NCBI RefSeq assembly: GCF_009914755.1
Contig: NC_060946.1
From: the human T2T-CHM13v2.0 reference genome, Homo sapiens
Length of the DNA stretch: 64,000 nucleotides
Reading direction: 5' to 3' (one strand)
Position numbers and translations under genes: made by a program. Shown piece by piece: positions 1-12,980 of this stretch (position 1 is its first letter; the number at the start of each line of letters is the position of its first letter). The notes beneath the pieces were generated by a model. It was given only the letters and a program-made list of their open reading frames with translations. It did no database searches and was not told the origin of the DNA.

Positions 1-297
1 ACATTTGAAGGGCTTTGCATCCTTTGGTACAAAAGGAAATAACTTCACATAAAATCTAGACAGAAGCAATCTGAGAAACTTTTATTGTGATTTGTTCATT
101 CACTTCACAGAGTTAAAACTTTCTTTTGATTGAGCAGTTTGAAACTCTGTTTTTGTAGAATCTGCAAGTGGACATTTGGAGCGCTTTGAGGCCTATGGTG
201 GAAAAGGAAATATCTTCACAGGAAAACTAGATAGAAGTATTCTGAGAAACTTCTTCGTGATGTGTGCAGTCATATCTCAGAGTTGAACCTTTCTTTT
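1..297 (+). repeat. Alpha satellite, diverged dimeric-type layer (AAATCTAGAC/AAAACTAGA, GGACATTT variants)
   Basis: ~171-bp monomers with TTTGTAGAATCTGCAAGTGGACATTTGGAGCGCTTTGAGGCCTATGGTGGAAAAGGAAATATCTTCAC. '+' is defined here as this T-tract-rich strand on top. Confidence 0.97.
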
Positions 298-318
298 TTT
301 GCCTTTCATTTTGTATAC

Positions 319-328
319 TTTATTTATT
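319..328 (-). terminator. Poly(A) signal AATAAATAAA probably used by the transducing SVA transcript
   Basis: TTTATTTATT on the + strand, 18 nt from the insertion 3' end (short T tract merging with the TSD at 294-300). Confidence 0.65.
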
Positions 329-500
329 TTTTAATTTTTAATTTTGGTGGGTACTTAGTAGGTATATATATTTATGGATACATGAGATGTTTTGATACAG
401 GCATGCAGGGCGTAACAATCACAGCATGGAAAATAGACTATCCATTCCCTCAAGTATTTATTATCCTTTATGTTACAAACATCCAATTATACTCTTCTAG
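325..500 (-). mobile_element. Old L1 (L1MA1-3-like) 3' end fragment carried inside the SVA insertion
   Basis: Reverse complement reads GAGTATAATTGGATGTTTGTAACATAAAGGATAA...GCATGCCTGTATCAAAACATCTCATGTA...GTACCCACCAAAATTAAAAAT, which matches the L1MA-type 3' terminus as I recall it. Confidence 0.8.
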
Positions 501-2193
501 TTTTTGTTTTTGTTGTTTTTTTTCTTTTTTTTTTATTGATCATTCTTGAGTGTTTCTCGCAGAGGGGGATTTGGCAAGGTCATAGGACAATAGTGGAGGG
601 AAGGTCAGCAGATAAACAAGTGAACAAAGGTGTCTGGTTTTCCTAGGCAGAGGACCCTGGGGCCTTAAGCAGTGTTTGTGTCTCTGGGTACTTGAGATTA
701 GGGAGTGGTGATGACTCTTAACGAGCATGCTGCCTTCAAGCATCTGTTTAACAAAGCACATCTTGCACCGCCCTTAATCCATTTAACCCTGAGTGGACAC
801 AGCACATGTTTCAGAGAGCACCAGGTTGGGGGTAAGGTCGTAGATCAACAGCATCCCAAGGCAGAAGAATTTTTCTTAGTACAGAACAAAATGGAGTCTC
901 CTATGTCTACTTCTTTCCACACAGACACAGCAACAATCTGATTTCTCTATCTTTTCCCCACATTTCCCCCTTTTCTATTTGACAAAACCACCATCGTCAT
1001 CATGGCCCGTTCTCAATGAGCTGTTGGGTACACCTCCCAGATGGGGTGGCAGCCGGGCAGAGGGTCTCCTCACTTCCCAGAAGGGGTGGCCAGGCACAGG
1101 CGCCCCCCACCTCCCGGACGGGGTGGCTGGCCGGGCGGGGGCTGCTCCCCACATCCCTCCCTGCCGGGGCAGCTTGCCGGGTGGGGGCTGCCCCCCACCT
1201 CCCTCCCGGACGGGGCAGCTGGCCGGGAGGGGGCTGCCCCCCACCTTCCTCCCAGACGGGGCGGCTTGCCCGGTGGGGGTTGCCCCCCACCTCCCTCCTG
1301 GATGGGGTGGCTGCCAGGCGGAGACACTCCTCACTTCCCAGATGGGGCGGCTGCTGGGCAGAGGGGCTCCTCACTTCTCAGATGGGGCAGCTGCCGGGCA
1401 GAGGGGCTCCTCACTTCTCAGACGGGGTGGCTGCTGGGCGGAGGGGCTCCTCACTTCTCAGACAGGGCAGCCGGGCAGAGACGCTCCTCACCTCCCAGAC
1501 GGGGTCGTGGCTGGGCAGAGGCACTCCTTACATCCCAGACGGAGTGTTGGGGCAGAGGCGCTCCCCACATCTCAGACGATGGGCGGCCGGGCAGAGACCC
1601 TCCTCACTTCCTAGATGGGATGGCGACCAGGAAGAGGTGCTCTTCACTTCCCAGACTGGGCAGCCGGGCTGAAGGGTTCCACACATCCCAGACGATGGGC
1701 GGCCAGGCAGAGACGCTCCTCACTTCCCAGATGGGGTGGCGGCCGGGCAGAGACTGCAATCTCAGCACTTTGGGAGGCCAAGGCTGGCGGCTGGGAGGTG
1801 GAGGTTGTAGCGAGCTGAGATCACGCCACTGCACTCCAGCCTGGGCAACATTGAGCACTGAGTGAACGAGACTCCATCTGCAATCCCGGCACCTTGGGAG
1901 GCTGAGGCTGGCAGATCACTCGCGGTTAGGAGCTGGAGACCAGCCCAGGCAACACAGTGAAACCCTGTCTCCACCAAAAAAACACGAAAATCAGTCAGGC
2001 ATGGTGGCGCATGCCTGCAATCGCAGGCACTCAGCAGGCTGAGGCAGGAGAATCAGGCAGGGAGGTTGCAGTGAGCAGAGATGGCGGCAGTAAAGTCCAG
2101 CTTCGGCTCGGCATCAGAGGGAGACAGTGGAAAGAGAGGGAGAGTGAGACCGTGGGGAGAGGGAGAGGGAGAGGGAGAGGGAGAGGGAGAGGG

Positions 2194-3760
2194 AGAGCTG
2201 AATCTTTCTTTTGAAGGACGAGTTTTGAAATACTCTTTTTGAAGAATCTGCAATTTGACATTTCGAGATCCTTGAGGTATGTGGTGGAAAAGGAAATATC
2301 TTCGCATAAAAACTAGGCAGAAAACTTCTGAGAAACTTCTTTGTGATTTGTGCATTCATCTCACGGAGGTAAAGATTTCTTTTGATTGAGCAGTTTGGAA
2401 ACACTCTTTTTGTAGAATCTACAAGTGGACATTTGGAGCGCTTTGCAGCCTATGGTAGAAAAGGAAATATCCTCACATAAAATCTAGACAGTAGCAATCT
2501 GAGGAACCTCTTTGTTATGTGTGCATTCATCTCCCAGAGATAAACCTTTCTTTTGATTGAGAAGTTTTGAAACTCTTTTTGTAAAATCTGCAAGTGGACA
2601 TTTTGAGCACTTTGAGGCCAAAGGTGGGAAAGGAAATATCTTCACATAAAAACTAGAGAAAAGAATTTTGAGAAACTTGTTTGTGATGGGTGGGTTAAAC
2701 TCACGGCATTGAACCTTCCTTTTGATTGGGAAGTTTTGAAAATCTCTTTTTGTAGAATCTGCAAGTGGACATTTGGAGTGCTTTGCAGCCAATGGTAGGA
2801 AAGAAATATCTTCATATAAAATCTAGACAGAAGCAATCTGAGAAATTTCTTTCTGATGTGTTCCTTCTTCTCACAGAGTTAAAGCTTTTTTTTTGAATGA
2901 GCAGTATTGAAACTCTCTTTTTGTAGTATATGCAAGTGGACATTTGGAGCTTTTTGAGGCCTATTTTGGAAAAGGTAATATCTTCACATAAAAACTAGAC
3001 AGAAGAATTCTGACAAAGTTCTTGGCGATGTGTGCATTCATCCCACAGAGTTCAACTTTTCTTTTGATTGAGCAGTTTGGAAACAGTCTTTTTGTAGAAT
3101 TTGCAAGTGGAGATTTGGAGCTCTTTACGGCCTATGGTAGAAAAGGAAATAACTTCACATAAAATCCAGACAGAAGCAATCTGAGAAACTTCCTTGTGAT
3201 GTGTTCATTTATCTCACATAATTAAACCTTTCTTTGGATTGAGCAGTTTTGAAACTCTCTTTTTGCAGAATCTGTAATTGGACATTTGGAGCACTTTGAA
3301 GTCTATGGTGAAAAAGGAAATATCTTCACATGAAAACCAGATAGAAGCATTCTGAGAAACTTTTTTGTGATGTGTGCATTCATATCTCAGAGTTGAAGGT
3401 TTCTTTTGAATGACCAGTTTTGAAATCCTCTTTTTGAAGTATCTGCAAGTTGACATTTCGAGCACCTTGAGGCGTATGGTGGAAAAGGAAATATCTTCAC
3501 ATAAAATCTAGACAGAAGCAATCTGAGAAACTTCCTTGTGATGTGTTCATTTATCTCACAGTGTTAAACCTTTCTTTTGATTGGGCAGTTTTGAAAATCT
3601 CTTTTTGTGGGATCTTCAAGTGGACATTTGAAGCTCTTTGAAGCCTATGGTGGAAAAGGAGATATCTTCACACAAAAACCGGATAGAAGCATTCTGAGAA
3701 ACTTCTTTGAGATGTGTGTATTCATCTCCCAGTGTTGAACATTTCTTTTGATTGGACAGT
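2194..3760 (+). repeat. Alpha satellite, dimeric-type layer (continues 1-297)
   Basis: Alternating AAATCTAGACAGAAGCAATCTG and AAAACTAG..AGAAG(A/C)ATT monomers with GGACATTT. Confidence 0.93.
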
Positions 3761-6700
3761 TTTGAAACTCTCTTTTTGTAGAATATGTAAGAGGATATTT
3801 GGAGAGCTTAGAAGTCAATGGTTGAAATGGAAATAACTTCACATAATAACTACACAGAAGCATTCTGAGGAACTTGTTTGGGATTTGTGCATTCATCTCA
3901 CATAGTTGAAACTATCTTTTGATAGAGCAGTTTGGAAACTCTCTTTTTGTGGTATCTGCAACTGGATAATTGGAGCTCTTTGCAGCCAATGTTGGAAAAG
4001 GAACATCCTCACATAAAAACTACACAGAAGTATTCTGAGAAACTTCTTTGTGATGTGTGCATTCATCTCATAGAGGTGAATATTCCTTTGATTGAGCAGT
4101 TTTCAAACACTCTTTTTGTAGAATCTGCAAGTGTATAATTGGAGCGCTTTGAGGCCTATTGTTGAAAAGGAAATGTCTTCACATAAAAAGTACACAGAAG
4201 CATTTTCAGGAACTTCTTTTTGATGTGAGCATTCATCTCACAGTATTGAAACTTTCATTATATTGAGCAGTTTGGAAACACTCTTTTAATAGAATCTGCA
4301 AATGGATATTTGGAGCCCTTGGAGGCCTATTGGGGAAAAGGAAATATCTTCTCATAAAAACTACACAGAAGCATTCTGAGAAACTGCTCTTTGATGTGTG
4401 CATTCAAACCACGTAGGTGAACCTATCTTTTGATAGAGCAGTTTTGAAACTCTCTTTTTGTAGAATCTGCAAGGGGATATTTGGAGCTCTTTGTGGCCTA
4501 TTGTGGAAAAGGAAATAACTTCACAGAAAAACTACACAGAAGCATTCTCAAAAACCTCTTTGTTTTGTGTGCATTCATCTCTCAGAGTTGAACTTTTCTT
4601 TTGATAGAGCAGTTCTGAAAATCTTTTTGTAGGATCTGCAAGTGGATAATTGGAGAGCCTTGAGGCCTATGGTGGAAATTGAAATATCTTCACATAAAAA
4701 TACACAGAAGCATTCTGAGAAAATTGTTTGTGATGTGTGAATTTATCTCACAGAGTTGAACCTATCTTTTGATAGAGCAGTTTTGAAACTCTCTTTTTGT
4801 AGAATCTGCAAGGGGATATTTGGAGCCCTTTGAGTCCTATGGTGGAAAAGGAAATATCTTTATATAAAAACTACACAGAAGCATTCTGAGAAACTTCTTT
4901 GGGATGAGTGCATTCTTCTCACAGAGGTGAAACTTTCATTTGATTGAGCAGTTTTCAAACACTCTTTCTGTGGAATCTACAAGGGTTTAATAGGAGTGTT
5001 GTGACGCCTATTGTGGAAAAGGAAACATCTTCACATAAAAACTACACAGAAGCATTATCAGAAACTTTTTTGAGATGTGTGCATTCATCTCACAGTGTAG
5101 AAAATTTCTTTTGATTGAGCAGTTTGAAAACAATCTTTTTGTAGAATCTGCAAGTGGATATTTGGAGCCTTTGGAAGCCTAATGTGGAAAAGGAAATATC
5201 TTCACAAAAAAACTACATAGAAGCATTCTGAAAAACTTCTTTGTGATGTGTGCATTCGTCTCACAGAGTTGAAACTTCCTTTTGATTGAGTAATTTTGAA
5301 TCTCTCTTTCTGTAGAATCTGCAAGTGCATATTTAGAAGACTTGGAGGCATATGGGGGAAAAGGTAATATCTTCACAAAAAAATAAGCAGAAGCATTCTG
5401 AGAAACTTCTTTGTGATGTGTGCATTCATCTCACAGAGTTGAACCTATCTTTTGATAGGGCAGTTTTGAAACTCTCTTTTTGTAGAATCTGCAAGGGGAT
5501 ATTTGGAGCCCTTGAGACCCATGGTGGAAAAAGAAATATCTTAACAAAAAAACTGCATGGAAGCATTCTGAGAAACTTCCTTGTGATGTGTGTTTTCATC
5601 TCACAAAGTTGAACCTTTCTTTTGATTGAGCAGTTTGGAAACACTCTTTTCGTAGAATCTGCACGTGGATATTTGGAGGGCATTTTGGCCAATGGTGGAA
5701 AAGGAAATATCTTCACATAAAAACTACACAGAATTACTCTGATAAACTGCTTTTGATGTGTGCGTTCAATTCACAGAGTTGAACCTATCTTTTGTTAGAG
5801 GAGTTTTGAAACTGTCTTTTTTTGGAATCTTCATGTGGATATTTGGAGCCCTTTGAGGCCTACGGTGGAAAAGGAAATATCTTCTCATAAAAAGTACACA
5901 GAAGCGTTCTGAGAAACTTCTTTGTCATGTGTGCATTTAGCTCACATATTTGAACCTTTCATTTGATTGAGGAGTTTTGAAACACTCTTTTTGTAGAATC
6001 TGCAAGTGGATATTTGCAGGGCTTTGGGGCCTTTTGTAGAAAAGGAAATATATTCACATAAAAATTAACAGAAGCGTTCTCAGAAACTTCTCTGTGATGT
6101 GTGCATTCATCTCACAGAGTTGAACCTTTCTTTTAATTGAGTAGTTTTGAAACACTCTTTTTGTAGAATCTGCAAGTGGATATTTGGTGCGCTTAGAGGC
6201 CTATGGTGGAAAAGGAAATAGCTTCACATAAAAACAACATGGAAACATTCTGAGAAACTTCGTTGTGATGTGTGTATTCATCTCACAGAGTGGAACCTTT
6301 CTTTTGATTGAGTAGTTTTGAAACTTTCTTTTTGTAAAATCTGCATGTGGTTATTTGGAGCCCTTTGTGGCCAATGGACGAAAAGGAAATATGTACCCCT
6401 AAAAACTACACAGAAGCATTCTGAGAAACTTCTTTGTAATGTATGCATTCATCTCATGGTGTTAAAGTTTCTATTGTTTGAGCAGTTTTGAGACACTCTT
6501 TTCGCAGAATCTGCAAGTGGATATATGGAGCGCTCTGAGGCCTATGGTGGAAAGGAATATACCTTCACATAAAAACTACACAGAAGGATTCTGAGAAACT
6601 TCTTTGTGATGTGTGCATTCAACTTGCAAAGTTGAACTTATCTTTTGATATAGCAGTTTTGAAACAGTCTTTTTGTAGAATTGTGTGTGATTATTTGGAG

Positions 6701-9700
6701 CCCTTTGTGGCCAATGGTGGAAAAGGAAATGTCTTTCTCTAAAAACTACACAGAAACATTCTGAGAAACTACTTTGTGATGTGTATATTCAGCTCACAGA
6801 GTTGAACCTTTCATTTGATTGAGTAGTTTTGAAACACTCTTTTTGTAGAATCTGCAATTGGGAATTTGGAGCGCTTTGTCACCTAATGTGGAAAAGGTAA
6901 TATCTTCACATACAAACTACACAGAAGATTCTGAGACACTTCTTTGTTTTGTGTGCATTCATCTGACAGAGTTGAACCTATCTTTTTTTTGAGCACTTTT
7001 GAAACTCTCTTTTTGTAGAATCTGCAAGTGGATATTTGGAGCCCTTTGTGGTCTATGGTGGAAAAGGATATATCTTCACACAAAAACTACACAGATGCAT
7101 TTTGAGAAACTTTGTTGTGATTTGTGCATTCATCTCACAGAGTTGAACCTTTCTTCTGATTGAGCAGTTTGGAAACACTCTTTTCATGGAATCTTCAAGT
7201 GGATATTTGGAGCACTTTGTAGTCTATTGTGGAAAAGGAAATATCTTAACATAAAAACTACAGAGAAGCATTCTGAGAAACTTCTTTGTGATGTGTGCAT
7301 TCAACTCACAGAGTAATAAGTCTTTTGATAGAGCAGTTTTGAAACTGTCTTTATGTAAAATGTGCAAGTGGATATTTGGAGCCCTTTTTGGCCAATGGTG
7401 GAAAAGGAAATATCTTTCCCTAAAACTACACAGAAGCATGCTTAGAAACTTCTTTGTGATGTGTGCACTCATCTCACACAGTTGAACCATTCTTTTGATT
7501 GAGCAGTTTGGAAAAATTCTTTCAGTAGAAATGCAAGTGAATATTTGGAGCCCTTGGAGCCGTATTGTATAAAAGTAAATACCTTCACTTAAAAACTACA
7601 CAGAATCATTCTGAGAAAGTTCTTTGTGATGTGTGCATTTCCTCACAGAGTTGATACTTTCTTTTGATTGAGCAGTTTTAAAACACTCTTTTTGTAGAAT
7701 CTGGAAGTGTATAGTTGGTGCCCTTAGAGGCCTATGGTGGAAAAGGGAATATCTTCACATAAAAACAACACAGAAGCATTCTGAGAAACTTCGTTGTGAT
7801 GTGTGCATTCATCTCACAGAGTTGAATCTTTCTTTTGATTGAGCAGTTTTGGAACTTTCTTTTTGTAAAATCTGCATGTGGTTGTTTGGAGCCCTTTGTG
7901 GCCAATGGAGGAAAAGGAAATATGTTCCCCTAAAAACTACACAGAAGTATTCTGGGAAAATTCTTTGTAATGTGTGCATTCATCTCACAGTGTTAAATTT
8001 TGTATTGTTTGAACAGATTTGAGACACTTTTTTCACAGAATCTGCAAGTGGATATATGGAGCGCTTTGAGGCCTATGGTGGATAGGGATATATCTTCACA
8101 TAAAAACTACACAGAAGGATTCCGAGAAATTTCTTTGTGATGTGTGCATTCAACTCGCAGCATTGTACCGATCTTTTGATATAGCAGTTTTGAAACAGTC
8201 TTTTTGTAGAATCTGTGTGTGATTATTTGGAGCCCATTGTGGCCAATGGTGGAAAAAGAAATATCTTCCTCTAAAAACTACACAGAAACATTCTGAGAAA
8301 CTTCCTTGTTATGTATACATTCAGCTCACAGAGTTGAACCTTTAATTTGATTAAGTAGTTTTGAGACACTCTTTTTGTAGAATCTGCATTTGGAAATTTG
8401 GAGTGCTTTGTCGCCTAATGTGGAAAAGGTAACATCTTCACATACAAACTACACAGAAGGATTCTGAGACACTTCTTTGTTTTGTGTGCATTTGTGTCAC
8501 AGGGTTGATCCTTTCTTTAGACTGAGCAGTTTTGAAACACTCTTTTTGTAGAAACTGCAAGTGGTATTTGAGCACATTGAGGCCTATGGTGGAAAAGGAG
8601 ATATCTTCAAGTAAAAACTACAGAGAAGCATTCTGAGAAACTTGTTTCTGAGGTGTGCATTCATCTCACAGAGTTGAACATATATTTTGATAGAGCAGTT
8701 TTGAAACTCTCTTTTTGTAGAATCTGCAAGGGGATATTTAGAGACCTTTGCGGCCTATGTTGGGAAGGGAAATATCTTCACATAAGAACCGCACAGAAGC
8801 ATTGTGAGAAACTTCTTTGTGATGTGCTCATTCATCTCACAGAGTTGAAACCTTCTTTTGATTGAGGAGTTATGAAACACTCTTTTTGAAGAATCTGCAA
8901 GTGGAAATTTGGAGTGCATTGAGGCCCATGGTGGAAAATGAAACATCTTCACATAAAAATTACACAGAAGCATTCTGAGAAACTTCTTTGTGATGTGTGC
9001 ATTCAATTCACGTAGTTGAACCTATCTTTTGACAGAGCAGTATTGAAACTCTCATTTTGCAGAATCTGCAAGTGGCTATTTGGAACCCTTTGTGGCCTGT
9101 GGTGTAAAAGGAAATATATTAACATAAAAAAAGAACAGAAGCATTCTGAGAAACTTCTTTGAGATGTGTGCATTCAGCTCACAGAGTTGAACCTATCTTT
9201 TGATAGAGCAGTTTTGAAACTCTCTTTTGGTAGAATTTGCAAGTGGATATTTGGAGCCATTTGCATCTATGATGGAAAAGGAAATATCTTCACACAAAAA
9301 CTACACAGAAGCATTCTGAGAGACTTCGTTGTGATATGTGCATTCATCTCAAAAATTTGAACATTTCTTTTGATTGAGCACTTTTGAAACACTCTTTGAG
9401 TAGAATCTGCAATGGGATATTTGGAGCACTGTGAGGCCTATGGTGGAAAAGGAAATATCTTCACATAAAAATAACACAGAAGCTTTCTGAGAAACTTCTT
9501 TGTGATGTGTGCATTCAACTCACAGAGTTCAACCTATCTTTTTATAGAGCGTTTTGGAACTCTCTTTTTGTAGAATCTGTAAGTGGATATTTGGAGCCCT
9601 TTGATGCCTATGTTGGAAGAGGAAATATCTTCACATAAAAACTACAGTGAATCAATCTGAGAAACTTCTTTGTGATGTGAGCATTCAACTCAAAGAGTTG

Positions 9701-12291
9701 AACCTATCTTTTGTTAGAGCAGTTTGGAAACCTTCTTTTTGTAGAATCTGCAAGCGGATATTAAGAGCCCTTTGCAGAGTATAGAGAAAAAGAAAATATC
9801 TTAACAAAAAAACTACACAGGAGCATTCTGAGAAACTTCTTTGTCGTGTGTGCATTCAACACACAGAGTTGAACATATCTTTTGATAGGGCAGTTTTGAA
9901 ACTCTCTTTTTGTACAATCTGCAAGTGGATATTTGGAGCCCTTTGGGGCCTTTTGTGGAAATGGCAATATCTTCACATAAAAAGCACACGGAAGCATTCA
10001 GAGAAACTTCTTTTATTGTGTGCATTCATCTCACAGAGGTGAAACTCTCTTTTGATTGAGCAGCTTGGAAACACTCTTTTTGTAGAATCTGCAAGTAGAT
10101 ATATGAAGCGCTTTGAGGCCTATTGTGGAAAAGGAAATATCTTCACAGAAAAACTACACAGAAGCATTCTGTGAAAATTCTTTGTGATGTGTGCATTCAT
10201 CCCACAGAGTTGCACCTTTCAATTCATTGAGCATTTTTGAAAATCTTTTTGTAGAATCTGCAAGTGGATACAAGGAGTGCATTGAGGCCTATGGCGGAAA
10301 AGGAAATATCTTCATATAAAAACTTCACAGAAGCATGCTGACAAACTTCTTTGTGATGTGTGCATTCATCTCACAGAGTTGAAACTTTCATTTCATAGAG
10401 CCGTTTTGAAACACTCTTTTTGTAGAATCTGCAAGTGGATATTTTGAGCGCTTTGAGGTCTATGGTGGAAAAGGAAATATCTTCATATAAACACTACGCA
10501 GAAACATTCTGAGAAACTTCTTTGTGATGAGTGCTTTCATCTCATAGTGTTGAACCTATCTTTTTATATAGCAGTTTTGAAACTCTTTTTGTAGAATCTG
10601 CAAGAAGATATTTGTAGCCCTATGCTGCCTATTGTAGAAAAGGAAATAACTTCTCATAAACACTACACAGAAGCATTCTGAGAAACTTCTGTCTGATGTG
10701 TGCATTCAGCTCACAGAATTGAACCTGTCTTTTCATAGAGCAGTTTTGAAACTCTCTTTTTGTAGAATCTGCAAGTGGATGTTTGGAGCCCTTTGCGGCC
10801 TATTGTAGAATAGGAAATATCTTCACATAAAAACTACACAGAAGCATTCTGAGAAACTTCTTTGTGATGTGTGCATTCAACTCACAAAGTTGAATCTTTC
10901 AGTTGATTGAGCAGTTTTGAAACACTCTTTTTGTAGAATCTGCATTTGGATACTTGGAGTGCGTTGAGGCCTATTGTGGAAAAGGGAATACTTTCACATA
11001 AAAGCTACACAGAAGCTTTCTCAGAAAGTTCTTTGTTTTGAGTGCAGTCATCTCACAGAGTTGAAATTTCTTTTCATTGAGCAGTTTTGAAACACTCTTT
11101 TTGTATAATCTGCACGTGGATATTTGGAGCACTTTGAGGCCTATGGTGGAAAAGGAAATATCTTCACATAAAAACTACACAGAAGCATTCTGAGAAAATA
11201 CTTTGTGATGTGTGCATTCATATCACAGAGTTGAACCTGTCTTTTGATAGAGCAGTGTTGAAATTCTCTTTTTGTACAATCTGCAAGTGGATATTTGGAG
11301 CCCTTTGTTCCCTGCTGTGGAAAAGGAAATACATTCTCTTAAAAGCTGCAGAGAAGCATTCCGAGAACCTTCTTTGTGATGTGTGCATTGATTTCACAGA
11401 GTTGAAGCTTTCTTTTGATTGAGCAGTTTTGAAACACTGTTTTCATAGAATCTGCAAGTGGATATTTAGAGCGTTTTGAGGCCTATGGAGGAAAAGGACA
11501 TATCTTCACATAGAAACTACCCAGAAGCATTCTGTGAAACTTCTTTGTGATGTTTGCATTCAACTCGCAGAGTTGAACCTATCTTTTGATAGAGCAGTTT
11601 GGAAACTTTTTTTATAGAATCTTCATGTGGTTATTTTGAGACATTTGTGGCCGATGGTGGAAAAGGAAATATCTTTCCCTAAAACTTACAGAGAAGCATT
11701 CTGAGAAACTTCTTTGTTATGTGTGCATTCATCTCACAGAGCTGAACTTTTCATTTGATTGGGCATTTTTGAAACACTCTTTTTGTAAAATCTGCAATTG
11801 GATATTTGGAGCACTTTGAGACCTATTGTGGAAAAGGAAATATCTTCATATAAAAACTACACAGCAGCCTTCTCAGAAAAGTCTTTGTGATGTGTGCATT
11901 CATCTCACACTGTTGAACCTTTCTTTTGATTTAGCAGTTTGGAAACACTGTTTTAGTAGAATCTGCAGCTGGATATTTGGAGCCCTCAGAGCCATATTGT
12001 GGAAAAGGAAATATCTTCACATAACAACTACACAGAAGCATTCTGAGAAACTTCTTTGTGATGTGAACATTCATCTCACAGAGTTCAACCTTTCTTTTGA
12101 TTGAGCATTTTGAAACTCTCTTTTTGTAGAATCTGCAAGTGGATAATTGGAGTGCTTTGAGGCCTATGATGGAAAAGTAAATATCTTCTCATAAAAACTA
12201 CACAGAAGCATTATGAGAAACTTCTTTGTGATGTGTGCATTCATCTCACAGAGTTGAACCTATCTTGTGATACAGCAGTTTTGAAACTTTC
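3761..12291 (+). repeat. Alpha satellite, diverged layer (AAAACTACACAGAAGCATTCTG, GGATATTT variants)
   Basis: Continuous ~171-bp monomers. Diagnostic switch to ACTACAC and GGATATT near 3.76 kb. A-type (pJalpha-like) box CCTATGGTGGAAAAGGAA instead of a CENP-B box. Confidence 0.95.
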
Positions 12292-12980
12292 TTTTTTTAT
12301 TATACTTTAAGTTTTAGGGTACATGTGCACATTGTGCAGGTTTGTCACATATGTATACATGTGCCATGCTGGTGCGCTGTACCCACTAACTCGTCATCTA
12401 GCATTAGGTATATCTCCCAATGCTATCCGTCACCCCTCACCCTACCCCACAACAGTCCCCAGAGTGTGATATTCCCCTTCCTGTGTCCATGTGATCTCAC
12501 TGTTCAATTCCCACCTATGAGTGAGAATATGCGGTGTTTGGTTTTTTGTTCTTGCGATAGTTTACTGAGAATGATGATTTCCAATTTCATCCATGTCTCT
12601 ACAAAGGACATGAACTCATTATTTTTTATGGCTTCATAGTATTCCATGGTGTATATGTGCCACATTTTCTTAATCCAGTCTATCATTGTTGGACGTTTGG
12701 CTTGGTTCCAAGTCTTTGCTATTGTGAATAACGCCGCAATAAATATACGTGTGCATGTGTCTTTATAGCAGCATGATTTATATTCCTTTGGGTATATACC
12801 CAGTAATGGGATGACTGGGTCAAATGGTATTTCTAGTTTTAGATCCCTGAGGAATCGCCACACTGACTTCCACAATGGTTGAACTAGTTTACAGTCCCAC
12901 CAACAGTGTAAAAGTGTTCCTATTTCTCCACATCCTCTCCAGCACCTCTTGTTTCCTGACTTTTTAATGATTGCCATTCT
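12292..12980 (-). mobile_element. L1PA2/L1PA3-like LINE-1, 5'-truncated (~690 bp: ORF2 C-terminus and 3' UTR)
   Basis: ORF 12504-13013 encodes [37 protein letters not shown]...[10 protein letters not shown] (ORF2p CCHC region). 3' UTR has GACGAG (not Ta ACA) and CTTAAAGTAT. Very short poly(A); short TSD/microhomology TTCTTTT (12289-12295 / 12977-12983). Confidence 0.95.

Larger units (their letters stand above)
298..2193 (-). mobile_element. SVA retrotransposon, full length (older subfamily, SVA_B/C-like), including a ~200-bp 3' transduction
   Basis: Minus-strand order: (CCCTCT)n hexamers ~2150-2197, Alu-like domain ~1752-2150, GC-rich VNTR ~1030-1750, SINE-R ~535-1030 (TTATTGATCATTCTTG...GATAAACAAGTGAACAAAGG), poly(A) 501-534, extra sequence 301-500. 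TSD AGAGTTGAACCTTTCTTTT (279-297) / AGAGCTGAATCTTTCTTTT (2194-2212). The subfamily call rests on recalled SINE-R variants and is tentative. Confidence 0.96.

Noticed and set aside
301-500. Independent ancient L1MA insertion implying a very old satellite
   Set aside because: It lies inside the SVA's TSDs, downstream of the SVA poly(A), and is better explained as a 3' transduction.
975-2404. Multiple overlapping 100-274 aa ORFs
   Set aside because: GC-rich SVA VNTR and Alu-like sequence is stop-poor. The ORFs are open in many frames on both strands with low-complexity products, and SVA is non-coding.
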